61,691 bases of DNA from Candidatus Moraniibacteriota bacterium (GTDB taxonomy: Bacteria > Patescibacteriota > Minisyncoccia > Moranbacterales > GCA-2747515), in contig JBBQZC010000007.1 of the NCBI GenBank assembly GCA_038208115.1, forward strand, positions 1-61,691, given 5' to 3'. A model generated the notes under the pieces. The model did not search any database. It saw only the letters and a program-made list of their open reading frames with translations, and was not told the DNA's origin. This document shows, in pieces, positions 38,543 through 49,950 of the stretch (position 1 is the first letter of the stretch; each line of letters starts with the position of its first letter). A program made the position numbers and the translations under genes.

Positions 38543-39710
38543 AAAAAGTAGAGTAGTATACTCGAAAAAACAAAATAAAAATAAAATTTCACGTGAGACA
38601 TTATATTTTACAGGTGTATCGGATCGCATGCTCTTTGGTGTTGTGAGTATATTAACTATTTTTGGTGTTCTGATGATTGCATCAGCTGGTGTCGTATATG
38701 CAGATGTGCGATTTGATGATCCATATTTCTTTTTTAAAAGACAGTTGATTGGTGTTGTGTTAGGATTTATATTACTTATTGTATTGAGCCGTGTGGATTA
38801 TCATATTTTTCGGCGATGGTCACTCATGATCTATGTGATTGCTCTGATATTTCTGGTGCTTGTTTTGGTTCCAGGAATCGGCATTACATCATATGGTGCA
38901 AGTCGCTGGTTAAACCTTGGTCCGATTCCATCATTTCAACCGTCAGAAATGATGAAATTGGCGTTGATATTATATGTGTCCGCATGGTGCAGCGGGAAAG
39001 GTCCAAAGATTGTAGCAAATTTTCATACTGGGCTTTTGCCATTCTTGTCCATTATTGGTATTCCATGTGTGCTTGTTTTTTTGCAGCCAAATGTAGGGAC
39101 AATGAGTATATTGGTTTTTATTTCACTTGCTATTTTTTTTCTTGCTGGAGCAGCAACAAAACATATTTTTAGCGTATTTGGTATGGGAGTAGTCGGATTG
39201 CTTGGATTGATTATTGCTGCACCATATCGCATGTCACGATTTATGTCATTTATCAATCCTGAGGCGGATCCACAGGGAAGTGGTTATCAGATTCAGCAAG
39301 CACTTATTGCGATTGGCAGTGGTGGAATTTTTGGTCTTGGCTTAGGACATAGTAAACAAAAGGGACTATATTTGCCAGAACCTGTAGGTGATTCAATCTT
39401 CGCGATTATTGGTGAGGAGCTGGGCTTCATAGGGGTAGCAGCTGTTTTGTTACTATTTTTTCTTCTTGCATGGCGAGGAATGCGGATTTCTGCGGCGGCA
39501 CCAGATCTTTTTGGTAAACTTGTTGCGGGAGGAATAACAGTCTGGATTACAGGACAGGCCATTATGAATATCGCTGCAATTACTTCATTGATGCCACTTA
39601 CAGGCATTCCGATGCCTTTCATTAGTTATGGAGGTACATCAATAATTTTTTCACTTGCTGCGGTGGGTATATTACTTAATATATCCAAGCAGTCAAAAGT
39701 TGATATCTAG
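38532..39710 (+). CDS. ftsW: SEDS peptidoglycan polymerase FtsW
   Basis: [46 protein letters not shown]; upstream of murG. Confidence 0.95.
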   Translation: MMSKKSRVVYSKKQNKNKISRETLYFTGVSDRMLFGVVSILTIFGVLMIASAGVVYADVRFDDPYFFFKRQLIGVVLGFILLIVLSRVDYHIFRRWSLMIYVIALIFLVLVLVPGIGITSYGASRWLNLGPIPSFQPSEMMKLALILYVSAWCSGKGPKIVANFHTGLLPFLSIIGIPCVLVFLQPNVGTMSILVFISLAIFFLAGAATKHIFSVFGMGVVGLLGLIIAAPYRMSRFMSFINPEADPQGSGYQIQQALIAIGSGGIFGLGLGHSKQKGLYLPEPVGDSIFAIIGEELGFIGVAAVLLLFFLLAWRGMRISAAAPDLFGKLVAGGITVWITGQAIMNIAAITSLMPLTGIPMPFISYGGTSIIFSLAAVGILLNISKQSKVDI

Positions 39711-39845
39711 AATTTTACTTGGATAAATTAAATAACGTAAAATGCAGAACTCTTTTGTATGCATATCTTTGCGATGGATTTATTCAATTTGATAGAATTG
39801 AATGAATCAGTGTATAATAGATGTATAAAAAATAAAGTACAAAAA

Positions 39846-40973
39846 ATGGAAAATTTACGAATTGTATTAACGGGAGGTGGAACGGGAGGTCACGTTTTTC
39901 CACTGGTCGCAGTTGCGCAAGAAATGAAGCGTCAAGTGCCGAATACAGATTTTCTGTATATTGGTACAAAATCACAAATGGGAAAGATGGCTGAAGATAC
40001 CATGGCAGAAATTGGTGTTCCAACAAAAAATATCACAACTGGGAAAATGCGACGATATTTTTCACTTGAATATTTTTTGGATTTTTTTCGTATACCTGTC
40101 GGCTTAGTGCAATCGCTATGGCACTTGTTAGTTTATATGCCAGACGCTGTTTTTTCAAAAGGAGGATATGCATCTGTCCCTGTAGTTATTGCTGCATGGT
40201 TGTATCATATCCCAGTGCTTACCCATGATTCTGATGCGATACCAGGTTGGGCAAACAGAATCTGTGGAAAGCTTTCATATTATGTGGCAATTTCCTATGT
40301 TACAAGTATGAAATATTTTACTACAAAAAATACTGTCCTTACCGGTAATCCAATTCGACAGTCGATATTGCAGGGTGACCGAATGCGTGGATATGTACGA
40401 TGGGGATTTACGGAATCACGACCAACTATTTTAATCATCGGCGGGAGTCAAGGTGCTCAAAGAATAAACCAAGCAATAATGACGATTTTGTCTGACCTTA
40501 CAAAAATTTCTCAAATATTGCATGTGACTGGTCAGGATAATTATGAAAAAACACTTCATCTGGCAGCAGAATATGGTATTAAATCTGGGAGACATCTTTA
40601 TGTTGCTACTCCATTTCTCAATTCTGAAGAAATGGCGGATGCATATGCAGTTGCTGATATTGTAATATCGCGAGCAGGTGCAAATTCGATTACGGAGATA
40701 GCTGCAAATAAAAAAGTTGCGATTTTTATTCCGTTGCCAGAAAGTGCAAATGATCATCAATTAATGAATGCAAATGAGATGGCAAAAATGGGTGGGGCGA
40801 TGGTTGTGGAAGAGCCAAACCTTGGTAGTAATTTGTTTATAGAGAAAATTAAAGAGCTATTATATACTCGTGAGTTACGGTTACAGCTGCAAGAAAAAAT
40901 CAGTGTGTTCTATCACCCGGATGCAGCTGAAAAAATTGTAGCTGGTATTACTAAAATGATTTCGGAAAAATAA
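39846..40973 (+). CDS. murG: MurG glycosyltransferase
   Basis: GGGTGGHVFP, GGYASVP, TGNPIR, GGSQGA, SRAGA. Likely start at MENL (39846). Confidence 0.96.
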   Translation: MENLRIVLTGGGTGGHVFPLVAVAQEMKRQVPNTDFLYIGTKSQMGKMAEDTMAEIGVPTKNITTGKMRRYFSLEYFLDFFRIPVGLVQSLWHLLVYMPDAVFSKGGYASVPVVIAAWLYHIPVLTHDSDAIPGWANRICGKLSYYVAISYVTSMKYFTTKNTVLTGNPIRQSILQGDRMRGYVRWGFTESRPTILIIGGSQGAQRINQAIMTILSDLTKISQILHVTGQDNYEKTLHLAAEYGIKSGRHLYVATPFLNSEEMADAYAVADIVISRAGANSITEIAANKKVAIFIPLPESANDHQLMNANEMAKMGGAMVVEEPNLGSNLFIEKIKELLYTRELRLQLQEKISVFYHPDAAEKIVAGITKMISEK

Positions 40974-40982
40974 TTACAATAT

Positions 40983-42350
40983 ATGAAGATTTATATTATA
41001 GGCATTGGTGGAGCAGGCACATCTGCATTGGCAACAATCTATCATAAAAAAGGATATGAAGTGATGGGTGTTGATGAAGGTGATGATGGATTTTATAGTG
41101 ATGAATTGAGACGAAATCAAATTACAGTACATGATCATTTCAATATAAATCATATAAATGGCGATATCGATTTGATCGTACATTCCACGTCAATTCAAAA
41201 AAATAATTGTGAAATGATTGAGGCGATAGGGCAAAACATAAAAATTATGTCTTATCCAGAAGCAATTGGTGTGTTATCGCATGAGATGAAAACTGTCGCT
41301 GTTTGTGGAACACATGGCAAGACAACAACGACTGCCCTAACAGCCTATGCAATGATTAGTGCAGATATTAAGCCAACGGTGATCGTAGGGTCTCGCATAG
41401 CTGCATGGGGGAGTGGTGCTTATTATGCAGGTGATCACTATTTTATTGTGGAGGCTGATGAATATCAAAACAAACTTGCATTGTATTATCCATTTGCTGT
41501 GATTCTTACAAGTATCGATTTTGATCATCCTGATTTTTTTGCGGATTTTGCAATATATAAAAAAACATTTTCTGATTTTATTAAACGGATACCTCAAGAA
41601 GGGGTGCTCGTCGCATGTGGAGATGGGATAGATGTGAGAGAAGTGGCACACGTTGCACAGTGTCGTGTTATATTTTATGGTGAAAATGATAATAATGATT
41701 GCGTAATAAAATCACGGTCAATTACTGACGAAGGACAAGAGATTGTAATTGCATATCACGATAATTCCTATGTGATCAATACGCAATTATACGGAGCACA
41801 TAATGCCAAAAATGCAGTTGCTGCCTGGGTGATGAGTTCCTCCCTGACACTTCAGGAGTCAAAAGCCGCAGAAGGCATTTGCGAATTTGTTGGTACTGCA
41901 CGACGATTTGAAAAACGTGGATATCTCAATGGCGCGATTTTGATTGATGATTATGCCCATCATCCAGAAGAAATTCGTGCAACTCTTAATACGGCGAGGG
42001 AGATTTATCCACATAAAAAAATTATTGTTGCATTTCACCCGCATACGTTTTCACGTACAAAAGCGTTGTTAAACGGTTTCGCAGAAACACTAAATATAGC
42101 AGACCATGTCATTGTGTTGGATATATATAGCAGTGCTCGTGAAAGTGGGGGTTCTGTATCTGCGTATGATTTAGTAGATGCGATAAATGCGTATGCAAAA
42201 CATGATAAAGCCGAATATCATGCAACAGTTGATGAACTCGCAGTCTGGATGAAAGATTCGCTTGATGATAATGATGTATTGCTGACACTTGGCGCAGGAG
42301 ATATTTGGAAAGTGTATAGTATAATAGAAGATCAAAAAAGTGCAAAATAA
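40983..42350 (+). CDS. murC: UDP-N-acetylmuramate--L-alanine ligase
   Basis: IGIGGAG, GTHGKTTTT, EADE, DDYAHHP, FHPHTFSRT. Confidence 0.96.
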   Translation: MKIYIIGIGGAGTSALATIYHKKGYEVMGVDEGDDGFYSDELRRNQITVHDHFNINHINGDIDLIVHSTSIQKNNCEMIEAIGQNIKIMSYPEAIGVLSHEMKTVAVCGTHGKTTTTALTAYAMISADIKPTVIVGSRIAAWGSGAYYAGDHYFIVEADEYQNKLALYYPFAVILTSIDFDHPDFFADFAIYKKTFSDFIKRIPQEGVLVACGDGIDVREVAHVAQCRVIFYGENDNNDCVIKSRSITDEGQEIVIAYHDNSYVINTQLYGAHNAKNAVAAWVMSSSLTLQESKAAEGICEFVGTARRFEKRGYLNGAILIDDYAHHPEEIRATLNTAREIYPHKKIIVAFHPHTFSRTKALLNGFAETLNIADHVIVLDIYSSARESGGSVSAYDLVDAINAYAKHDKAEYHATVDELAVWMKDSLDDNDVLLTLGAGDIWKVYSIIEDQKSAK

Positions 42351-42438
42351 AAAATAATATAATCTTTAAAGCAATTTCTAACAATTAATGTAAATACAAT
42401 TTACACAATAATATGCTGTTAAGAAATAATAATGAAAT

Positions 42439-43365
42439 ATGATTGTAGTAAAGGAAAATACATCTCTCGCTGAGTATACAACATTTGAAATTGGCGGATG
42501 TGCAAAATATTTTGTGGAAGCATCTAGTGTGGATGATATCAAAGAGGCGATTGCGTTTGCAAAAGAGCATAATATAAAATATTTTGTTTTTTCTGGAGGT
42601 AGTAATGTTCTTTTTTCGGATAACGGTTTTGATGGATTGGTTATTCGAATTGCAAATATGAGTATGACGATAAATGGTGGAGAACTTATGTGCGCTGCAG
42701 GAACAAGATTGATGGATTTCTTGGTTTTTGCTGCTGAGAATGAACTTACTGGTGGAGAAAATCTGACAGGTATACCAGGCTCAGTTGGCGGAGCAGTGCG
42801 AGGTAATGCAGGTGCATTTGGGACAGAAATGCAAAATGTTGTAAAAGAAGTATATGCTTTCAATACACAAACAGAGGAGGTGGAGATTTTTGACAAAGAA
42901 CGCTGTGTATTCTCATACCGAAATAGTTTTTTTAAAAAAAATGCACATTATATAATTGTGAGTGTGACGTGTGTTTTTTTGCCAGGTGTAAAAAAAGAAA
43001 TACAAGTGGCTATGTATGATACAATCGCAAAAAGAAATAATTTGCAGATTCAAGATGTAAAAAGTGCAGGATCATGGTTTATTAATCCGGAAGTCAATGA
43101 ACGCGTTCAAGAAATGTTTGAGCATGACACAGGTAAAAAACCACACGAGGGTCGCGTACCAGCCGGATGGTTATTACAGTCATGCGGATTATTTAAAAAA
43201 CGAATTGGTGATATACAGGCAGGAATTCAACATGCAAATTATTTTATCAATATGGGTGAGGGGACTGCAGAGCAGGCGATGCAACTATCCACAGTTGCTA
43301 AGACTCGTGTGCGAGATGAATATGAGATTAATCTGAAAGAAGAGGTGGTACTTGCGGGTTTTTGA
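42439..43365 (+). CDS. murB: UDP-N-acetylmuramate dehydrogenase
   Basis: TTFEIGG, GGSNVL, GIPGSVGGAVRGNAGA, FSYRNS, SAGSWF. Confidence 0.96.
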   Translation: MIVVKENTSLAEYTTFEIGGCAKYFVEASSVDDIKEAIAFAKEHNIKYFVFSGGSNVLFSDNGFDGLVIRIANMSMTINGGELMCAAGTRLMDFLVFAAENELTGGENLTGIPGSVGGAVRGNAGAFGTEMQNVVKEVYAFNTQTEEVEIFDKERCVFSYRNSFFKKNAHYIIVSVTCVFLPGVKKEIQVAMYDTIAKRNNLQIQDVKSAGSWFINPEVNERVQEMFEHDTGKKPHEGRVPAGWLLQSCGLFKKRIGDIQAGIQHANYFINMGEGTAEQAMQLSTVAKTRVRDEYEINLKEEVVLAGF

Positions 43366-43407
43366 GATATCAGTAGAATAATATTATCATCATTAATAAA
43401 AAGATAT

Positions 43408-43764
43408 ATGAAAATAGAATATTTTTATAAGAACATCAAACCATTAGGGGAGACATCAAAGAACTATGTAGAAGATAAAATTGGATCAGTGTCACGATTG
43501 GTGTCTGTGCGTGATGCCTATATAGAAATAGAAGAACAACCAAAAGAAGGATCGTTTAGCATGAGTGTAACAGTCCGCACCAAAAATGGAGCAGAATATC
43601 GTGCTGATGAAAAGGCGCTAACCGTACAAGCGTGTGTAGACATCATTGAAGATGAATTGAAGGGGCAAATACGACGCGCAACAGAAAAAACGAGAGACTT
43701 GAAACGACGCGGAGGGAGATCTCTGAAAAAGAAGATTACCATTGACGAAAATGCACGTCTGTAG
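43408..43764 (+). CDS. raiA: ribosome hibernation factor HPF/RaiA
   Basis: YVEDKI, beta-alpha pattern, DELKGQIRR. Confidence 0.8.
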   Translation: MKIEYFYKNIKPLGETSKNYVEDKIGSVSRLVSVRDAYIEIEEQPKEGSFSMSVTVRTKNGAEYRADEKALTVQACVDIIEDELKGQIRRATEKTRDLKRRGGRSLKKKITIDENARL

Positions 43765-43916
43765 TATAATCGTTATGCTTATGAAAGCTATCAATAGGAT
43801 ATTGGTGGCTTTTGTATTTGACAGTATGAAACAATTTGATATAGTGTAATCATATCTGAAAAGACACATGCAAAATAAACCGTGTGTTTTTAATTCGTAA
43901 AAATGAAAATAACCAT

Positions 43917-44375
43917 ATGGCACGTTTAGTCACAAAAGAAGGTTTAGACAAATTACAAAATGAATATGATGAACGAACAACTGTTGTGCGTCAGGAAATT
44001 GCAGGTTCAATCAAGGAGGCTAAAGAGCAGGGAGATCTTTCTGAAAACGCGGAGTATTCTTCTGCTAAAGAGCGTCAAACTGAAAATGAGGCACGTATCG
44101 CATCATTGGAAAGCTTGATTAAAGATTCACGTGTTGTGGAGCATGATGCTAATGATGATTCTGCACAGATTGGCTCAAAGGTTACTGTTCGCACAAAAAA
44201 TCAAGAAATGATTTTTGAAATTGTTGGATCAAATGAAGCAGATCCAGTGCAGAGAAAAATTTCAAATGAGTCACCAATTGGCAAAGCTTTGATTGGTGCA
44301 CGCACAGGTGATTCAATTGATGTAGATACACCGAGTGGCGTTGTTGTGAAATATGACATTATATCAGTGGAGTAA
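43917..44375 (+). CDS. greA: transcription elongation factor GreA
   Basis: EAKEQGDLSENAEY, IGSKV, ISNESPIGKAL. Confidence 0.97.
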   Translation: MARLVTKEGLDKLQNEYDERTTVVRQEIAGSIKEAKEQGDLSENAEYSSAKERQTENEARIASLESLIKDSRVVEHDANDDSAQIGSKVTVRTKNQEMIFEIVGSNEADPVQRKISNESPIGKALIGARTGDSIDVDTPSGVVVKYDIISVE

Positions 44376-44401
44376 AATTTATCTAAAAAATATATTTATT
44401 G

Positions 44402-44432
44402 AAAACATCATGCGTACCATGATGTTTTTTGA
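44402..44432 (+). terminator. intrinsic terminator after greA
   Basis: AAAACATCATG/CATGATGTTTTTT. Confidence 0.7.
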
Positions 44433-44494
44433 TTTTTTTTATCTTTTGCGTTAGAGTAAGTATTACAAGGTTGTATTTGAATAATAACTATCCT

Positions 44495-45973
44495 ATGAGT
44501 GAAAATAACGCAGTGCTTCTAACTGAATATGATGAACGCAAAAATAAGCTAGATATGTTAAAAGATAAAGGCATTGTAGCTTATCCGTCATATTCTGAAA
44601 GGACGTATATGATCAATGATGTTTTAACACATTTCGATGTGTTGGAAAAAGAAAAAAAAACTGTTACAGTTTGCGGACGATTGCGGTCAAAGCGGACTCA
44701 CGGCAACTTATCTTTTGCAGATATTGAAGATGGAAGTGGGCGTATGCAGGTTGCTGTGTCAAAAAAAGAACTGATCGGTGATTATAAAATATTTGTAAAA
44801 CTAATTGACGCGAGTGATTTTGTACAAGTTTCTGGTAATGTGTTTGTTACGCAGGCTGGGCAACAGACGATCATGGCCAAAGAGGTAAAATTATTAACCA
44901 AGTCACTACGTAATTTACCAACAGATTATTTTGGATTAAAAGATGAGAATGAACGATTTCGTAAGAGATACGCAGACTTGGCAGTGAATGCTGACTTGAG
45001 AGCAGTATTTATGCGTCGAGCGAAATTCTGGCGTGTGATGCGTCAATTTATGGAGTCAAAAGAATTTATCGAAGTGGAAACACCGACAATCGAATTGACA
45101 ACAGGTGGAGCTGAGGCTCGACCGTTTGCAACTCACCATAATGATTTTGATCTTCCTGTTTTTTTACGTATATCGATTGGTGAATTGTGGCAAAAACGTC
45201 TTATGGCAGGAGGATTTGAAAAGACATTTGAAATAGGTCGTGCGTTTCGTAATGAAGGATCAAGTCCAAATCATTTGCAAGAATTTACGAACATGGAATT
45301 TTATTGGGCATACGCGGATTATAATGATGGAATGAAACTTGTGCAAGAATTGTATCGCGAGATCGCACGAGAAGTATATGGAAAAACTATTTTTACCGCA
45401 CGTGGATTAACTTTCGATCTTGCTGATGAATGGCTAAAAATTGATTATGTGGATGAAATTGTCGCACAAACTGGTGTAAATGTGTTAGAGGCATCACCAG
45501 CGGAGTTAAGAGAAGCTCTGGAGCGATTACACGTGAAATATGAAGGGGATAACAAAGAACGACTGACAGATTCGTTATGGAAGTATTGTCGACAACGGAT
45601 TGCAGGACCAGCATTCCTCGTCAATCACCCCATAATCATGGCACCATTATCAAAACGGTGTGCAGATAGACCCGACCGTGCAGAAAAATTTCAAGTGATT
45701 ATTGGTGGTGCAGAGGTAGGCAATGGATACAGCGAGCTCAATGACCCAATCGATCAGCGTAAGCGGTTTGAGGAACAAAAAGCGTTGATTGAAGGTGGAG
45801 ATGAGGAAGCAATGATGCCAGATTGGGATTTTGTCGAAATGCTGGAATATGGCATGCCCCCAACATGCGGATTTGGTGCGGGTGAAAGACTTTTTGCTTT
45901 CTTTGAAGATCAAACATTGCGAGAAGTAACTCTCTTCCCCTTAATGAAGCCAAAAAGCGACAATGAAAGTTAA
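44495..45973 (+). CDS. lysS: lysyl-tRNA synthetase class II
   Basis: FIEVETP, GGAEARPF, FRNEG, EVGNGYSELNDP, GMPPTCGFGAG. Likely start at MSENN. Confidence 0.97.
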   Translation: MSENNAVLLTEYDERKNKLDMLKDKGIVAYPSYSERTYMINDVLTHFDVLEKEKKTVTVCGRLRSKRTHGNLSFADIEDGSGRMQVAVSKKELIGDYKIFVKLIDASDFVQVSGNVFVTQAGQQTIMAKEVKLLTKSLRNLPTDYFGLKDENERFRKRYADLAVNADLRAVFMRRAKFWRVMRQFMESKEFIEVETPTIELTTGGAEARPFATHHNDFDLPVFLRISIGELWQKRLMAGGFEKTFEIGRAFRNEGSSPNHLQEFTNMEFYWAYADYNDGMKLVQELYREIAREVYGKTIFTARGLTFDLADEWLKIDYVDEIVAQTGVNVLEASPAELREALERLHVKYEGDNKERLTDSLWKYCRQRIAGPAFLVNHPIIMAPLSKRCADRPDRAEKFQVIIGGAEVGNGYSELNDPIDQRKRFEEQKALIEGGDEEAMMPDWDFVEMLEYGMPPTCGFGAGERLFAFFEDQTLREVTLFPLMKPKSDNES

Positions 45974-45994
45974 AAATAATCACAATCATAAATT

Positions 45995-46567
45995 ATGAAG
46001 AGAATTGCTGAATTTATATATGAGGCTGGCATACTGCAAAATACGCCTCGCAGTGGTTTGTGGTATTTAGGCACAGGAAGTCAAAATGTTGCAGAACACT
46101 CTTTTCGTACAGCGATTATTGCGTATGCATTAGCAGAAATGCGTGACGACGTAGACAGTAATCGTATCGCTGTTATGGCACTCTTTCATGATTTTACCGA
46201 AGCGCGTACCTCAGATCATAATTATGTGCACCAGAAATATTGTGTAGTTGATGAAAAAAAAGCTCGTATGGATGCATTTGCTAATTTATCATTTGGAGAA
46301 AAAACGATTCAAGAGATCAACAATATCAAAGATAGAAAGACGATTGAAGCGCAAATTGTCAAAGATGCAGATAACTTGGAATTATTGGCAACGCTTCGCA
46401 GTGAACAGGAGCAAGGAAATAAACGAGCTGGGGAGTGGATTATTACCGTAAAAAAGCGCATGATAACGGAAAATGGTACAATGCTCGCAGAAGAGCTATG
46501 TCGTATGCATCCTGATGAATGGTGGTTTGATCGTGATGGTCAATGGTGGATTTCGCGCGAAGAATAG
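45995..46567 (+). CDS. HD-domain hydrolase (YfbR-like)
   Basis: PRSG, NVAEHSFR, LFHD..EAR..D, KDAD. Confidence 0.88.
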   Translation: MKRIAEFIYEAGILQNTPRSGLWYLGTGSQNVAEHSFRTAIIAYALAEMRDDVDSNRIAVMALFHDFTEARTSDHNYVHQKYCVVDEKKARMDAFANLSFGEKTIQEINNIKDRKTIEAQIVKDADNLELLATLRSEQEQGNKRAGEWIITVKKRMITENGTMLAEELCRMHPDEWWFDRDGQWWISREE

Positions 46568-46631
46568 TTCGCTGCATGTACAAAAAGGTAAAAGTGTGGT
46601 ACGCTTGAACTTAATTATAAAATTACAAATC

Positions 46632-47597
46632 ATGATTATTGATGATGTCACAATTGATGTTGAGGCAGGTCGCGGGGGGGATGGTGTGATTCGTTTTGCG
46701 CGTGCAAAATTTGATCAAGGCCCGACAGGTGGCAATGGAGGGCGAGGGGGTAATGTTTATATAAAAGGCGTATCTGATCTCGGAGCACTTCGACCGTTTC
46801 GCACGACAAAAAATGTCAAGGCAGAGCACGGTAAAAATGGCGAGCAAAACACATGCACAGGCCATAACGGTAAAAATGTCACAATCAATGTGCCTGTGGG
46901 AACCGTCGCTCATGATTTGGATCATGATATTAAATATGAGATTGTGACCGTGGGGCAGAAAGTTGTTGTGGCAAAAGGTGGTAATGGTGGATTTGGTAAT
47001 CATCATTTTCGTTCAAGTCGCAATACGTCGCCAAAGATCGCCAAAGAAGGGCGTGTAGGAGATCATATTAAATTACGACTGGAGTTAAAAATGATCGCTG
47101 ATGTGGGTTTTGTGGGTTATCCAAATGTAGGCAAATCGAGTCTGCTCAACGAGATTACAAATGCAGATAGTAAAGTTGCGAATTATAACTTTACAACTCT
47201 CGAGCCACATCTCGGTGTGTATTATGATTTGATTCTTGCAGATATACCTGGGCTAATCGAGGGCGCTGCTACAGGTAAAGGTCTAGGGCATAAATTTTTA
47301 CGACATATAGAGCGAACACGTATATTGTTTCATTTTGTCGAAGCAACGAGTATTCATCCGGTTGCGGACTATCGTGCGATACGTAAAGAATTGAAAATAT
47401 TCAATCCTGCACTCTGTGAAAAGCCAGAATGGATTGTTGTGAGCAAGATTGATGAATGCACTGAAAAGAAAGTGCAATCAGTTGTAAAAAAATTACAAAA
47501 AATCAATCCACAAATTGTGACATTATCGATTTTAGATGATAAAATGATGATGGATGTAAAAAAGATCTTAAATAATATCCAGGATCGCAAGCTATAA
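46632..47597 (+). CDS. obgE: GTPase ObgE
   Basis: AGRGGDG, GGNGG Gly-rich repeats, VGYPNVGKSSL, NYNFTT, DIPGLIEGA. Confidence 0.97.
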   Translation: MIIDDVTIDVEAGRGGDGVIRFARAKFDQGPTGGNGGRGGNVYIKGVSDLGALRPFRTTKNVKAEHGKNGEQNTCTGHNGKNVTINVPVGTVAHDLDHDIKYEIVTVGQKVVVAKGGNGGFGNHHFRSSRNTSPKIAKEGRVGDHIKLRLELKMIADVGFVGYPNVGKSSLLNEITNADSKVANYNFTTLEPHLGVYYDLILADIPGLIEGAATGKGLGHKFLRHIERTRILFHFVEATSIHPVADYRAIRKELKIFNPALCEKPEWIVVSKIDECTEKKVQSVVKKLQKINPQIVTLSILDDKMMMDVKKILNNIQDRKL

Positions 47598-47602
47598 GAA
47601 TT

Positions 47603-48700
47603 ATGAAAAAAATTATTTTTTTATGCGTCATCGGGGCAACTATATTGTATGGCGGTTTTTTTATGTATTATGTTTCACAAGCACAAAAATTCGATGTGCG
47701 CACAGAAATGTATCGTTCTGAGGCAAAACGAATTTTTGAAGCAATACCTACTTGGCACAAAAAAATCAAAACTGAACAAATAATTAAGATTGGGATTATT
47801 ACGGATACACACGTGCACCCAAATCGCATCAATCGATATAATAAATCTATAGATGCACCGCGATATATTGGCGCGAAGGATAATGCCCCAATCATTCAAT
47901 TTGCAAAACAGATGTCAACACAGTTTTATCCTGATTTTGTTGTGCATACGGGAGATATAATCGAGGGCACGAAGGAGACTGTCGAGGTTGGCATGCAAGG
48001 ATTGCAATTAGTACAAAAAGAACTCAACAAAATCAACGTGCCAGTATATTGGACAGTTGGTAATCATGATTTGCGTAGTGTCACAAAAGATCAATTTCGT
48101 GATGCTCTTGGAGTTAATGCTTTAGATCAGGTTTTTGATGAGGGGGACTATCGCTTCATTATTCTCGATGCAAATTATGATGAAGTGGATGTGCCTTTTG
48201 TGCCAAAGGGTCATGAAATCATACCCGGTAAATTATCAGAAAAAACATTGACTTGGCTCAAAGAACAATTAGCCACGGAGAAGCGTGTGTTCATTTTTAT
48301 CCATCAAGGTACGTTTTTACATGATCTTGCAGGCGATGCGGAGACGCCCGAAGAAGAAATCGCAGAAGATGCATCAGGTAAAGAATATGAAGAGGAACGT
48401 ACAATTGATAATGTGGAATATTATATGAAAAAATCCATTATCAATGCACAAGAGTTAAATGATATCCTCAAAGAATATCGAGTTGATGGAATTTTTAATG
48501 GGCACATGGAAGCGCGTGCATATGAGGTAGTCGATCGCACAGCACATTATTCTCTTACAGGTACTGAAAAAAGTGAAACATATCCAGAATCATATTATGA
48601 ACTCACGATTAATGAGGGCGTGCCAAATATGACAATGTATTACTCGTCGCCGATTGATTATAAACAACATAAAGTAGATTTCGAAAGTGGAGAAAAATAA
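47603..48700 (+). CDS. membrane-anchored metallophosphoesterase
   Basis: N-terminal TM; DTH, GD, GNHD, H and GH motifs. Confidence 0.88.
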   Translation: MKKIIFLCVIGATILYGGFFMYYVSQAQKFDVRTEMYRSEAKRIFEAIPTWHKKIKTEQIIKIGIITDTHVHPNRINRYNKSIDAPRYIGAKDNAPIIQFAKQMSTQFYPDFVVHTGDIIEGTKETVEVGMQGLQLVQKELNKINVPVYWTVGNHDLRSVTKDQFRDALGVNALDQVFDEGDYRFIILDANYDEVDVPFVPKGHEIIPGKLSEKTLTWLKEQLATEKRVFIFIHQGTFLHDLAGDAETPEEEIAEDASGKEYEEERTIDNVEYYMKKSIINAQELNDILKEYRVDGIFNGHMEARAYEVVDRTAHYSLTGTEKSETYPESYYELTINEGVPNMTMYYSSPIDYKQHKVDFESGEK

Positions 48701-48739
48701 TATATTATAAGTAATTCCAGTTTTTTTAAGGTTTATATT

Positions 48740-49768
48740 ATGGAAGGTTTCGTTAATTTTATTTTTTGGACAATTATTATTATATTCGTATTAGTACGTT
48801 TCACACAATCAATACACAACAGATCACGAGATTCAAATATAATTCGTGTTTCACAAAATCCATTTGCAGATCTATTAAGAAAGTTTAGACAAAATCCATC
48901 GACCATGTATGTACAAAAAGCTAATCAATTTAGTAAAAATATTATGAATAATTTAAAAGGGAAGATATTTTTGGCAATAGGTTTCATAATTTTGATTATT
49001 GTCGCGATGAATATTCTCATCGTTATTCCTGCAGGTCAAACGGGTGTGCGAACATTGTTTGGACGTGTCAATGATAAAGAAATGTCGTCAGGATTACATA
49101 TTATTAATCCACTAGAAAATGTGGATCGTATGAGTGTTCGCACTGAAGAATATACGATGAGCGTGACGCAAGGTGAGGGGCAAAAAGTCGGTGCGGATCA
49201 GATAACAGCTTTGACTAATGAGGGATTGCAAGTAGATCTTGATATTACAGTTTTTTATCATCTTGAAGAAAAGAGTGCATCAGATGTCTATAAAAATCTT
49301 GGATTGAGTTATCAAGAAAAAATTATTCGTCCAGAGATTCGTAGTGCAATCCGTGAGGTGGTGGCACGCTATAATGCAAAGGATATATATAGTGAGAAAC
49401 GTAATGAAGTTGCAGATGGAATCCGTATGAAGTTGTCAGAGACGATTGATCCGCGGGGAATTATCGTAGAACAGGTATTGCTTCGTAATGTCACTCTGCC
49501 AGCAAGTCTCTCAAAAAGTATTCAAGAGAAACTGCAAGCAGAACAAGAATCACAACGATATGAATTCATTTTGCAAAAAGAGACAAAAGAAGCTGATCGT
49601 AAACGTGTAGAGGCAGCAGGACAGAGGGACTCTCAAGCAATAATCAATGAGTCGCTCAGCGCAAAATATTTGCAATATCTCTATATCAAAGAACTAAAAG
49701 ATCGTGTCGGTACGATCTATGTGCCAACAGGAGCCGATGGTTTGCCGATATTTAAGAGTGTGGAATAG
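48740..49768 (+). CDS. SPFH/prohibitin family protein
   Basis: IPAGQTGV, GLHIINP, IIRPEIRSAIREV, EQVLLRNV, AEQE. Confidence 0.92.
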   Translation: MEGFVNFIFWTIIIIFVLVRFTQSIHNRSRDSNIIRVSQNPFADLLRKFRQNPSTMYVQKANQFSKNIMNNLKGKIFLAIGFIILIIVAMNILIVIPAGQTGVRTLFGRVNDKEMSSGLHIINPLENVDRMSVRTEEYTMSVTQGEGQKVGADQITALTNEGLQVDLDITVFYHLEEKSASDVYKNLGLSYQEKIIRPEIRSAIREVVARYNAKDIYSEKRNEVADGIRMKLSETIDPRGIIVEQVLLRNVTLPASLSKSIQEKLQAEQESQRYEFILQKETKEADRKRVEAAGQRDSQAIINESLSAKYLQYLYIKELKDRVGTIYVPTGADGLPIFKSVE

Positions 49769-49809
49769 ACTGAAAAAAGTGCGTATCAAAATAATATCAC
49801 ATCTGATAA

Positions 49810-49845
49810 TCCAGTCCAAAAAATGATTTTGGACTGGACTTTTTG
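49810..49845 (+). terminator. intrinsic terminator
   Basis: TCCAGTCCAAAA/TTTTGGACTGGA plus Ts. Confidence 0.75.
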
Positions 49846-49950
49846 AATGTTACAAAACAGTGACAATTGGTTAATATTATGATATAATGGCAAATCGTAG
49901 TTTTTTAAACAATTATCAAAAAAACCTCAAATTCTTCAGGGAGAATTACC